Positions 12,549 to 25,500 of a stretch of DNA of 64,000 bases are shown here, in pieces; position 1 is the first letter of the stretch; each line of letters opens with the position of its first letter. The translations under genes were made by a program, and so were the position numbers. The notes below the pieces were generated by a model that was not told where the DNA came from, ran no database searches, and saw only the letters and a list, made by a program, of their open reading frames with translations. This DNA is from Yuukianura sp. NJ FZ-2021 (Eukaryota): assembly GCA_046563655.1 (NCBI GenBank), contig CM102285.1, positions 1,612,001-1,676,000 of the forward strand, in the 5' to 3' direction.

Positions 12549-14397
12549 TTAGGCTGGAACGGACGGTTCAGTGGCAGGTTTGGTTTCAGCAGCGACGCTT
12601 CCAGTGCCCTCTGCAGTTTTGCCGTCACTTTCTCCCTTTTCTGTCAAGGCAAGTTGTGTTCCAGCGTCTGCGTCGTCTGGACTCTCTACGTCGCCTTTCT
12701 TTTTCAACGTTTTTCGACGCAGTACAATCGGACCAACTTTCTTCACTTCAAGATTTTCGTCATCTTTCTTGACCCCGCTTGAACAGCAGGTCACGATAAA
12801 TCCAATGCAGGTCACGACCATAATCGGAATCAAAAAGTAGTCCAAAAACTTCACTTGGCCCATGGTATCTTCCCGGATGGGGTCCAAGCAACCCTAAACA
12901 CATAACACATCAAACAAAAACAATTTTTTTTTGAAATTTTTGAAAAATTTTAAAATTTTCTACTACTCACCTGTACGTAAATGACTTTGTTAGCTTCATA
13001 AGGATTGTTGAACCTGACATCATCTGAACATCGTTCCATACGGTGATCTTCACGACAGCAACTCACAGGCACCGGAGGTTCCAAATTCGCGCTTTCCCAT
13101 GCTAAGTAGTTTTGTATTCCACAGCAACCGAACTGTTCAAAAGGAATTCAAATTTAAAAAAAAAAGAATTGACACTTTTTAAAGTTGAGCCAACAAATTT
13201 ACAATAAACTGGGCTCACAAAAAAAAAAGCGTTCCTTTTTAAATATCAAATCTTTTTTTTTCTTGAAAACGAAAACATCTTAAAAGCCTTCGGGGAAAGT
13301 TTTCGGTGCACTTTTTGTCGACGGAAAGTTTTCCGTGCATTCTTTGTCGGTGGAGAACCTACCAAGTGTATCTTACCTTAGATTGAACTTTGTCCCACGC
13401 GTAGTCCACACTTCCTTTACCATCAGTTGTAGCATTTTCTCTACCGTAGAGATGGAGGCTTTCATTTAGTGCTTTTCCAATGAATTTTTCAACTGCTCCT
13501 TCACTTGGATACAATCCAATGTACAGGATCATTCCCAGTATGATGATCACCAGTTGGGCTCCAGCGTACTAAAAATTCCGCGCCAAAAACCAATTTAGGT
13601 GAGTTTTTGAAAATTTTGTGAGCCACGCCCAACATCAATTTTGAAAGTTGAGTAATTACGACATATCGTGTTTTCTTTCCCTTCTTTTCTCCGGCGTATC
13701 CCAGGAAAGTCAGGAGAGTAAAGAGCACTCCAATGGTAATGCATAGGTTCAAGTATAAATTCCCTTCTGAAAATTGATTAGCAGAGTGCTGCAAAATGGC
13801 ATCGTAGGAGTTAATGGCATTTTTAGCACGGATTGCCAGCGTAGTGAAGATGATTCCAAAAAACTAGAACAGAATCAGATAAAATTTCACTTTACCGAGC
13901 AACAGGAAATTACAAATTTTCAACATTCCAGAAATTCAAATCGCTTCTATTAAACCACTCACATTATGTACGAAAAATATTTTTAAAGTATAGTTAAAAA
14001 ATTAGTTTATACGTTTAAAAAAAGTAAAATTTGATCTCTAAAGCTATGAAAAAAATGAGTTCGTGCAAAAATCCTGAGTCAAATTTGATTTGAGAATTGA
14101 ATTAATTTCGAAACAAAGATAAATTATGAAAATAATATTTTTCAATTTAGACTTTACACAATATCAGAAACAAATTTTTGAAAATAATGTGTTTTAATTT
14201 ACACTTTGCACAACAACTAAAGAGAAATTAAAAAAAAAAGTTTGAGGAAAAGTGAATCTCCTTGTAAGTTTTTTTTTTTTTAATTTTAGTTAAAGTTTTC
14301 AGTTGTTTGCCAAAATTGAACTTACGAAGTAAATTCCAATTATAAAAATAGCTGCGGCGCATGCTCCAAAACAGGCCAGGCAGACGCAGTCACACAT
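12549..14397 (-). CDS. Tetraspanin (exons 14397-14326, 13863-13660, 13568-13377, 13132-12971, 12893-12549; about 324 aa)
   Basis: Four hydrophobic segments; large extracellular loop with WDKVQSKFGCCG, PVSCC and GC motifs; exons sum to 975 nt. Confidence 0.9.
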
Positions 14398-15753
14398 TGT
14401 AAAATGATTGTTGATTTGACTTTGCTAGCTCTAAAGTAGAATTGGCTTCAACTGGAGTTGGAATTGTTTGTTCATAGTGCGTGTCTTCCTGGTGCAATGT
14501 TAATTGACGAGTAAAATTTGGAACTGGAAGTTATAACTCTGTTAACCACAATAAAAAAAGTCATTGTTAACTTTGTTTGGATTAATTGGGGTCATTAACC
14601 CCGTTCTGTGTTAAAATATTAAATTTAGAAGTACATTATTGAAGTTCAGAGCTTTTTAGTATAAGAATGAAGTGCGAATGGCTACTAAAATCAATAAAAT
14701 GTGTTAACCTTATACCTCTTCGTGCTTTCTGAACTTCTAGACACGAATGACCTTCACGGTTACCCAGTCCTCCTGCAGACTTTCGTCGGAGTTCGAAGGG
14801 AGCAAATTATTTCGGCCAATCCTGTCCGAATCTAAACCTAAACTGAAGAGTAGAAGCAAAAACTTGTTTTGAAATGCCCCTTGTAGCCTTCTGTGTGCTT
14901 TTCAAGTCTATTAGAAATGCTACATTGAAGAGGACGTTAAAGAATGAAAATTTTGTAGTGTGTGTGTTGTTGCGTGAAATGTAAAAAAAAAACAACCGAA
15001 AAATACGACGTCCTGGAAGAACAGTTGCTTGAATTTGTTGACTAAAATATAAAATTGTAGGTATTGTGTCGTAACATTTTATTCAACCAAAAAATAATTT
15101 TATTTAAAGCAATTTAAATTATTTTACTAAAAAAAAAGAACAAAGACGTTTTTTTCTAGAGGTTTCGAACAAAATCAAACCTTTTCAAAAATTTAGTAGA
15201 AAATTGTTGCAAAGTATAGACAGATACTTTGTATAACGATCGTATATAAGATCGCTTTGGCTAAAGTTAAAGTTAATGTTAATTAAGTTTAACTAGACTA
15301 AACTACAAACTCTCTTACAATTTCTTGGTAATGTTACAGACAGTGGTGAGTGGTCCTTTTGTCCAAAGTACTAACTTAAATTAAGCAAAACTTTTAATAT
15401 TTGAATCTAATATGCAGACATGAGAAAAATATTTGATCTCTATACCGTCAATGTTGAGAAAAAAATTTTTTCACCATTTTTCATAGTAAACATTTGTTTT
15501 TCCTTCCCCTTAATGTTGAATAGCTAAATATTTCGAGGTTTCTGAAAGAAACTGTTGAATATTTAAATATTTCGCCTCTTTTTAGAAAATATTTTTCTCA
15601 TGTCTGCTATTATGGGATACTAAACCTCAAGCTTGGCTGTGGTACAAAGCTATCTTTTTTGTCTAATTTTTTTAAATTTATTTTCCTACATTATTTCTAA
15701 AAAACTAAGCTATAACTTGACCTCACGGAATTTTGGTGAAGAGGTCATTGACC

Positions 15754-17341
15754 TCAGTCGACCTTCATGATCATTAGCAGTTGCATTGTGTTGTCAATGG
15801 CATACGACATGTGAAGCGTGATTGTGTCATGCGTAATTCGCATGAAGCTGCCCATTTTGGCTGCAATTGGTTGACATGAAGTCGCTGCAGATTTTCTACG
15901 CAGTGTGTCTGCGTCGCCCCCAGATTCCTCCTCGTCCTTACGTGCTTGGTCAAGCCAATGTGCCAAAAGTGCGAGGCTTTTTTGAAACATTTGTCCACCC
16001 ATGGTCATGATTGCAAATTGTACAATCCACGCCCAGATTTTTACAATTGGAAATATCAAAAACACTACGAGTGGGAGATGTCGGTACAACTTAATCGCAG
16101 CGACACCGTAAACAACATCGATACTAAAAAGTACTAGTGGGTACAATGTTAAAAGCAAAGGGGAGAAACTGATGTTGAATTTCCGGTTGAGCACTTGAAG
16201 CGACCGGTAAATCATAAATTTGTCTTCAAATTTTATCGGTTTTATGATTTCTCCGTCTACACTTCCCGTTCTAGGACATGAAACCATTTGGTAAGTTTCT
16301 TCTAATAAAAATTCTGAATTTTTGAATTTTGAATCTAACCTCACCGCAGTGAAAATTTTTGAATTGACGCGGAAGTACACCATCAAAATCCCTGTAACAA
16401 AAAAAACTTGTTTCCAAATGCAAAGAACCATAAAGTAATCCAACATTCCAAAAAAATGACAAAACTGGCCGCATTTCACGAATGTCAGGGTCAAGTAGAG
16501 AAGTCACGAATTGTGGCGAAGCGGCGCAAAAATACACCGTGAAAAAATTGACCCAGACTGTAATCCATGGTGAAATTGGAAAAATTTGTAACAAAAATTC
16601 AACAATATCTGGACGTTTCACGGCTGCGGCAGTTTCACTATTTTCATATTTTCCACCGCTTTTCAATTTCTCTGAAAAAGTAAAATTTTCTGTTTTAGGT
16701 GTCCCATTGTTTAGAGATTGTTGACGTTTTATCAAGGTTCGTAAACAAAGAAAAATGTTGTTTCTACACCAGGTTGTCCAATGACTCGATGTGTTTCATT
16801 TTGTTAAAAAATTTGAAAACGTTTTTCCTATGCTAATTATTTTCGTGTAAAGCAATTGGAATTGAGGAAAAAAAATTATTTGAAGCATAAGTTTTGTAAA
16901 CCCAAGAGTTATTGGACAACCCGTCGTAGGAAATACAATTCGGTTATCAAGGAACCTTGAAGTTTTACCTTCCATTTTCTCCATGAGTAAAAAGAGACTG
17001 TTGACAAAGTCAGCAATTTCCAGTTTTCTATGACAAAAGCAAAAGTGGCCAACTACAATGAGCGATATTCCGGAGACCCAAGCAACGTGAATGGCCAGAT
17101 GAACTTTGTTGAGTTCATTGAACTCTCGAGTGGTCACAATTTGGTAGAATCGGGCATAGATAAATAAAGCATACGCGACTTCACTCACAAAATTGCAAGC
17201 GTAGAGAAATTTGTCTTTGGCGCTTGTAAATGGTTGTATAAGTCCTGACCTTTTGTTTAATTTGTACGGAATTGCTTTCAATAGAGAACTCATTCTGATT
17301 TGAAGTTTCACTCTTTCTAGTGATTTTTTATCTAAAAGCAT
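15754..17341 (-). pseudogene. Third GR-like chemoreceptor with apparent +1 frameshift (exons 17341-16969, 16671-16340, 16270-15754); pseudogene or sequencing error
   Basis: YRSLQVLN motif and TM pattern; intron phases match paralogs A/B; exons total 1222 nt (1221+1); frame switch most likely at the A7 run 16450-16456. Confidence 0.65.
16733..16959. mobile_element. MITE of the same CAAGG-TIR family as 4141-4509, in intron 1 of the third GR-like gene
   Basis: Starts caaggttcgtaaacaa, ends ggaaccttg; inner IR ggttgtccaatgactc / gagttattggacaacc; TSD degenerate. Confidence 0.7.
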
Positions 17342-17959
17342 TTCTTTTGCTTAAAAAAGAGTCCAAAACTGAAATGTTCAATGTGCTAATTTGAAAATTT
17401 CTAGGTCTATTTATACTTCCAATTGTGAGAAACTATGAATTCAATGAACTATGTCAAAACTTTGTGTTTAATTTAACGGACCAAAAAATTTGTCAAACTC
17501 TTGTTTGACAACTTACGTGAAAGCAATTAACTCAATGAAAAGTTTAAGCTTAAGCGTTTTGGTTTTACAGGAACGTGAAGAATTACAGCTAAAGGCAACT
17601 GTAAACTGCACACTTAACTCCCGCAATTTTATCGGTTTATAGTAAAAGCCCACTTCCGAAGTCAACAAGTCGCTAAAAATCCTTGTACTAAACCGTCTGC
17701 GTTAATCCACTAATTTTTCAAAAAACATTGCATTTCGTGTTCGTGAAACAATTTTCCAAATGTCTTTGGATCTGTCAAGCACGTGTCGGAATTTGTTTTC
17801 GAAAAAGGTTTAATGCCAAAACAATAATTTGGCTGAAGTTACGCGTCGGGTTTTATGATTAAGAGTTAATATGGGATACTACACGAGAAGCTTCGATATT
17901 TATAGAAACCTATGTTGTGTTTAAATTTTTAAATATACATATTTTAAAATTTCCTACGT

Positions 17960-18240
17960 TAATTAAGTCGCGAAAGTAGTCCGCTACTTTATGCTTTTGC
18001 CTGAGTCTGTCTGTCTGTCTGTCTGCTGGACACTATAACTCTGGAACCACTGGATCGGTTGAATTTGCGGTTGAGTACTTGAAGTTAGCGGCAAATCAAA
18101 AATTTTAAATATGGGTTTATGATTTTTTCATCCATTCTTCCGGTGCTAAAATAAAAACAGTAGAAAATTTATAAAGTTTTTGTTTTGGTTTTGAATTTTC
18201 AAATGCTTGTTTGCATAATCTGTACCGCATTACATGTCAT
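17960..18240 (+). mobile_element. DINE-1/Helitron-like non-autonomous repeat fragment
   Basis: (GTCT)n microsatellite followed by ataactctggaaccactggatcg, an architecture typical of arthropod Helitron/Helentron-derived elements; boundaries approximate. Confidence 0.45.
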
Positions 18241-18765
18241 TGGCCGACAAGGTCAACAGAGGTCACCAAAGGAATAGCTAATTAAAATAATTATGCTGAT
18301 CTTATTTCGAACGTACTACTGTTTTAAACATTTATGTGTGTGAGATAGGTAATATCGAGATGCAACAAAAGGCGGGATTTTTTTGAAGCCTTCAAATCTC
18401 AAATATAAACACCGCTTTTCAATTTCAACATGTTATGTGTCAAATCCAAATCAAGCGTTAAAAATAAAAAAGTAATCAATAATTAATTAGTTTTTAAAAG
18501 TTCTAGAATCTAGATTACTTTCTTTTACATGTTATATGACTTAATTGCGATGTACATTGCTCAATAGTGATGACAAGCAGGTAATATTGGTAAGGGAAAT
18601 CAATCACCATGAATTGATTACAAAACAATGTTCTAGAATGAAATACACAAGTTGCCAACGTTGTCTATTATTTTGGTTTTCAGAAAATATGGACAGGTGA
18701 CCTGGATTGAGCTTCTCCTTGCCTGCGAATGTCCTGAAGATTACGCTGCTGATCAGAATTCAGAA

Positions 18766-20189
18766 ATGATACTAATTAGAAGTGGAAATTGGTTGTATTC
18801 TAAGGCATGGGCAAGACGAGTATTGACCTCGGAAAGTTGTTGGGAATTAGATACCGGTCATCGTCACTACAGTGTAGTTCGGGAAGCCAGATTTATGAAG
18901 AAGCTGGTGACAGGAACAAAGCATTCGAAGTATGACATTTTAACTAACATTTATTGAACGTTACTTGGTCCAGCTAAATTCCCTTTAAAATTGCAGAAGG
19001 AAGTGGTTCAGTGGAGAGTCCAGTGCGTCCGCACTCAAAGAAATGTCATTTTTAATGCAAGGACAACCGGGCGGTAGTGTCTACAAGGATAAAGGATCCA
19101 AACCAAAAACGGGTGGTCGAATCACGAGACGCGTTGGCGTGCTCAGCACTGTATTTATGGAGCACATCACCGAGTTACTGGCCAGTGGTGACATGCCATA
19201 TGACTTTGCTGCTTTAGGACTGGAAATTACAGAAGTCCGAGTCTCTTCTGAGTTTACTCACCTCAATGTGTACTGGTATAGTTCAAAACCAGACCGCGAG
19301 GCGCAGCTGGAAACATTTCTCAAGACCGCTGGCAGTCAGATCCGACATACTTTGTCACAACTTCGACTTATAGGCCAGGTTCCACCGATAGTCTTTGTGA
19401 AGGATAAGAAGAGTACGAAACTAATGGAAGTGGAAGCCATTTTATCTAAGTTGGATTTCGGAGACGATTATGAACCCACACCCTTGGGACATAATTACAA
19501 AGTGGCCATGTCCAGTCACTTGATGACTAAAAAATCATCTGAAGGCATTTCTAAACAACTAGAGAAGCATATTATGTCCCTCGAGGAATCACCTTCTTTA
19601 CCTCCAGCGCCGACCAACGAAGAAGTCGAATCGGCTTCGGATTCAGACGATGACGAAGAATCCAATGATAAAAAGGTGGTCGAATGTCCCAGCTCCAAAG
19701 CAGTTCGCCAGGATATGCTCGGATTAGACTGGAACCGAATAATGACCTCAGTAAGTTGATTCAGTCCAACTTAATCCAATTTGATATTCAATTAACTAAT
19801 TCAATTAATCATTCTACTAGATTAAACTCGAAGTTGCAAAAACTGCTAGGAAACAAAATGAGCTCATGCATCCAGCGCCTATAAGCTCTGTATCTCAAGG
19901 CGACCAATCAGAAACGTCTCCGGTAGAGCCGACCATTTCGAACGCTACCAGACAAAAGGAATTCCAGGAGTTTTTGAGGCAGCGAAGAATTCAGCGATCC
20001 AAAGCAGAGAAACTGCATAGCAACGAACTACTGGAGAAGCAGTTTTTAGAACAGGAGAAGGAGCTACGTCGAGTCGAATTAGTGACACAGTTTGGTCCAA
20101 TTGACTACAAAGAAGAAGAAGACTACATAGAAGAGCCAGAAGTAGATGATCATCGTTTTAGTAACTGGCAGCATGAAACGAAACAGTAA
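18766..20189 (+). CDS. RBFA: Mitochondrial ribosome-binding factor A (exons about 18766-18929, 18997-19750, 19821-20189)
   Basis: RbfA domain LEITEVRVSSEFTHLNVYW...AGSQIRHTLSQLRLIGQVPPIVFVKD; basic N-terminal targeting-like sequence; GT-AG introns. Confidence 0.88.
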
Positions 20190-20346
20190 ATCACTTCCGG
20201 TTTTTGTATTTATGAAGATGTGTCCCACTTTTTTTTTTAATTCAATGGAAGAATAGGATCTTTGACACTCTTCTTAAGTTCTAGTATTCATTTGAACAGG
20301 ATGAAGTATGAAGTGAGCCAGCGACGGACGGAATGACAGATTTTGT

Positions 20347-21242
20347 TCAGAATTGCATCAGAGAGTGAACTGGAGATGCCAACTTTGACCTTCCGTTGAG
20401 GTCATTCAGTTCAATCCAAACGAGACATCCTATGACATCTCCACCAACACTCGATACCAGTTGATGTCCAGCTGCTAAAGATCCTACAAATAGTAACCAA
20501 TTAGTCGACAATTAACGTGTCACATGGTTCGAGATTCCATGAATGACTAACTAGATTCTGTTTCATCCTTTTATGTTAGTAGCTGCATGATCTTCTTACC
20601 GCCAGTTGCTAGAAGATCGTCAACAAGTAGTACTCGCTGGCCCTTCTGGATACTTTCCTTCTGGATTTCACAGGTATCCTGTCAATAACAGCTTAGTAGT
20701 GAAAGTGAACATGACCTCAAGTAACATGTCGACAGTGTAACCGTAACGTACCTCACCGTACTCCAGCTTATACGAAACGGAAGCTACCTCTCCCGGTAGC
20801 TTTCTAGGTTTCCGAATTGGTACAAACGGAACTCCGAGTTCCAGAGCCAGTAGTGTTCCGATTAAAAACCCCCGTGATTCCAGCCCAACTAGGACATCAA
20901 AAGACGGTATTTTCTCTTTGACGTATGCAACAGTGACCTCCTTCAGTTCCTGGAACGCGCTTGGGTTGTTCAGTACTGAGAATATGTCTCTAGAAAAAAC
21001 GAAAACAAAACGATTTTGATTTTCTTGTTTGTGAGATTTCAAAATTCTGATTTGATGAAAATGACATCTATAGGTTGTCACTTTCGTAGCGTAGTAGCTC
21101 CAATTACCGATTAATTAAGGAATTGGCAAAGATATCAATAATTTGAGAGTTTAATTAAATCTTACTGAAACAGAATTCCCGATTTCGGAAAGTCCTGGTA
21201 GCTCTTGATTTGCGTCTTCAAATGTTCCAGTTTGGCTTCCAT
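20347..21242 (-). CDS. APRT: Adenine phosphoribosyltransferase (multi-exon)
   Basis: YQDFPKSGILF; VGLESRGFLIG...PIRKPRKLPG...YKLEYG; PRPP-binding VLLVDDLLATGG; C-terminal IELNDLNGRSKL. Confidence 0.95.
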
Positions 21243-22510
21243 CTTTTTGTTATTTGAAAAAAGCGACGAAAATTTAAAAAAAATGCCAAAACTAGTCCAA
21301 TTTCACAACTTATTTTCAAAAAGTTATAAGCTGAAAAGCAGACTACGCCCTTACTGCTCAATTCGTCAACGTGACCTTTGACCTCTTCTCAAAAAAATTC
21401 AAAAAGCGAAGCGTCCTTTATTACACAAAACAGAGAACAAACCACAAACCAAACCGGTAAAAAATGAAACTAACAAAAAAAAAAAATCTCCCCCCGCTTC
21501 ATACTTTCAAAAACAATTTAGAAGCGTTTAGTAAAAAGAAACAACAAATTCTTTTTCCAAAATTTGAAAATAATTTTTTGAGGTCATAAATTCTTTTCGA
21601 AAACCAATAGTTCTTGCTGTTATAAAGTAAATAAAGTAGTGATTTATTACTTGTGTTAATCCATTAATAAACCCATTAATAAACAAATTCTATTACAAAT
21701 TCAATAGAAGGAATATAATTCAACAAATTGCAATTAATTTAACACTTCCACTCGTGTTTCTTTGATCTTTCCGTTTCCATCTTAAGTTGTGCTCTGTTCA
21801 ACTTAACTTAAGTAAATTTTAACAACACTTTTAGCCACACCCTCTTTTGACTCTTCCATTCACCTCACATGAACAGAATCTTTGGAAATTGGAGCAACTC
21901 AATTCAAATTTCAACGTCTCAATTACTACACTAAACAACTCTGCAATTAACGTCATAGATCTCACATTTAGTGACCTTAACACGAAAAGTTCACTTGTCA
22001 CAAGAGTCAAGGCGGTGACTACGGTGATGTTGAAGTAGTGATTGAGCAGTGTGACGAAGAAGTTCTGCGAACAATTATTCAAGATTATTTCAAAAGTTCG
22101 ATACTGTTGATGCTGACGTATCCGTGACATGGAGGAGGCAAGAGCGCAAATGTCATAGCAATGGATCCAAAGATGAAGTGATGACGCTGAAGTTCTTGAC
22201 AGCGATGCTGATACTGGCGATGACGATGATGATGACCTGTCTTCTCCTAAAAACAAACCTGTATAATACAAATATTTGAGTTGATGGCCAACCTAGCTAA
22301 AATTAAAGGAACTGGAGAACGTTATTTTCAAAAACTTGAAAAAAAAAGTGTTGGATTCAAAAAAAAAAGGAGAAGCTGTAGATGAAATTTTCGTTAAAGA
22401 TTTCTCAGAAAAAGAAAAAAAAGTAGGAAAATGGAAAGGAAACGGAAAGGACCCCGGAAAAATTAAGAATTAAAAAAAATGGGAACAAAATCGTGAAATT
22501 AGTGCGGATC

Positions 22511-25500
22511 TTAACGCAGGAGGCGCTGGCTCTGCTGCTGCTGCTGAATTTCGGCTATTCGGCGCTCCCTCTCCTCCATCCTCTTTCGACGTAACTCCTC
22601 TTTTTCTAAAATCTAAAACCAAGTAATTAATCAATTAGTGCTCACAATTAATCCGGTTAATTAGGATGCTAGCCTGTTAGCAGTGCTTACTTGCTGAGGA
22701 TTGAGAGGGAGCCAATAGATGCATGGCACACAAACTGTCTTACGAAACAATTCATCTAATGTTTTACCACTCGACTCTGACTTCTTCACATCCCCATTTC
22801 TATCTTTTCGATCTAAAAACGAAAAATCACAAAAATCGTTGTGCCTACGTTTTACATCATTTACGCCAATTACATAATGTAAGATAACAAAATAATCATG
22901 TTACCTGAATGTGATGTACGTGAGTGTGAGCGACGACGATGTCCAGAATGCGAGCGGCTTCTACGACTGCGTTTTCGATCTCTGCCTTCTCTACCGTCGC
23001 GGTCACGGTCACGGTCACGTGAGTGAGACCTCTTCCGGGCCTCTCGCGGCGGCGATTTCTTGCCAACATCCCACTCACGAACATGTTGCGGCGCCTTAGA
23101 CAAAAAGACAAAAAAAGTCATAAAATTCCTCTTAGTATTTTAGTTGTTCTAAAGCGATGACTTTATTTGAAAAAAAAACTTACAACAGGTTTATCCTCAA
23201 TGTACCCGGAGTCCTTCTTCCGAAGATCTTCCGCCCTTTCCTCAGTGGTAAAGTCAACTGACAGGGTCTTTGGATTGGACGTGGGCCATTTCACTCCATG
23301 CAGAGCCGTACGCGTTTCAACTGCTTCATCTTCCGTGTCATACTGAAAATCACACAACCAAAAAAGAAGTTTTAGTGTTCAGTGAAACGAAAACTTTTAG
23401 TTTCAGAAGTTTTACTTTCTAAACTACTTGCAATGCCAACTGAAACGTAAGAAAAGAAATGTTTATCTCTGAGTCTAAGTTGCAATAAAAGTAATTAGTA
23501 GAAAGTAATCGCTTCTCAATTAGCAATGGAGAAGCGATTGTTATACCTTGGCCACACATCTGGACTTGATCTTGTCTACCCACAAGTCAACGACATTCCC
23601 AGTTCTTTGAAGTAGTTCTTTCAGCTGAGGAACAGTGAAAGGTCTTACCAAGTTCGTCACCAAAATTAACTGAGTGGGAGCTCGCCTTGGTGGAGTTTGG
23701 TCGCCTTTCGTCATTTCTTCTTCCTGTAATCACATGTCAAAAAAAAATCAATTGCAATTCTGATCAGCTGATTTTCACATCATCTGACTTTGCTCCTACT
23801 TTTCAAAGTGTCTTACCATTGAAATGATACTAATCTTCCTTTGAATAGTCAAGTCCATTTCAGGCTGTGAATGTGGTTCTTCTTCCTCAGCTACCGATTC
23901 CCCACCTTCCTCGAATTCTTCACCTTCCAGAACATCCAAATTCGATATCGTTCGAGTAATCCGAACCTTGTCGTCTCCAGCTCCACTTCCGCTTGACGCA
24001 GCATTTGCTTCTTCCAGAGCTACCATTTCCTCGTCCGTCAGCAGAACAAAATTGGGGAACCATTCCTAAAGCCCAACAAAGAAAGGTTGAAATTGAAATA
24101 TTAGTTAAAAAAAAGTGAGTGACTACCTCAAAATTTGCAAAATTTTAAATAAGTCCTTACCAAGAGTACTTCAGTGGAAATCGTGTAGTCTGGAATTTTG
24201 CTTCTCTCGCGTTCCTCTTCCTTTTCGACAGCCTTTCGATCTTCCAACATCTTTTCCCTGCGTCGCTGTGTATATCGGTTTGGCTTAAGTTTCAACACTC
24301 GTCGCTCAAAGTCTATTGGACCATAGTCAATGTCGTCTGTAACTTTATCCTTTGCTGTTACTGCTTTTGTAACTGCTGATGACCGCTTGACATTGGAAGC
24401 CGATTCTTCTTCAGTCATCTCCACATCTTCTTCGCCGTAATCCAACACTTCATCCAATATGCTTTCTTTCTCAACGGACGTGCTGTGTTTGAGTGCAACT
24501 TCTTTTTCCTTCTTATCAGTGACGCGGGGTTTATCTGAAAAACACATAAGTTTAACATAAAGTCTCAAATATCCAACGTTGATCAGGTAATTAAGTTTTC
24601 ATATTATTGATCAGCTGATCAAGCTTTTCACACACTGATCAGCGGCTCTAGTTTCATACACTGAATGATCAGCTGATCAAGTTTTCATATTGATAGCTGA
24701 TCAAGTTTTCACAATGATCAGCTGATCAATTTTTCACACTGATCAGTGGTTCAACACTTTTGATGAGCCGAGAGCTGAGCAAGCTTAATCAGCCGATCAG
24801 CTGATATTGATGTTAATTGCTATTCGATAATTGAGTAACAAAGTGAGTCTTACCGACAACAGGATCCGGAGTTGGAGCAGTAATTGGCGAATGTGATCGA
24901 ACTTTACGGGGTGGTGTTTTCTCAGGAACTTCTTGCAATTCAGATGTAACTACTACTACACCGAAATCTATATTTAGTTTCTACATTTCAGAAACACTTG
25001 ACACACAAGTTTACTATGAAACTAACCTTTCACCGGTGCTTCAACAGCATCAGCCTCATCCTCTATCGCATCGGAAGCAACAGAAGTCGGCTCTGATTCT
25101 ACTGGAGTTGCTTCTTCCAACAACACAGCTCTGGTAGCAGTGACTGGTGGTTCGTCAGCCGGCTCTGGTTCAACCTCAGCCTCTTCCTTCTGCTCGGAAT
25201 CTTCATCAGCATCATCCTCTTGTCTCTTTGCTTCTGGAACAACTTCCGTCGCTGCAACAATCAAACTCAAGTTAAACTTTTCGAAAGCACGAAATGGCAA
25301 AACTTTCTGCATACCAGTATCGGAAGGAGCCGCTTCTATATTCTCAATTTGAACAACTTTTTCGGCAACAATAGGCTGCATTTCTGGATCCGCCTCATGA
25401 AACCGGGACTTCTTCGGTGATCGCTTAGGCGACTGAGCTCTTTGATCTGCAGGTTCGGATTTCTCTTCTGCCTTCGTGTCTGATGCAGCTAAACCAACAA

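Noticed and set aside
21831-22271. 146-aa ORF downstream of Acinus
   Set aside because: No recognisable domain or convincing in-frame splice connection; probably 3' UTR, although an alternative terminal exon cannot be excluded
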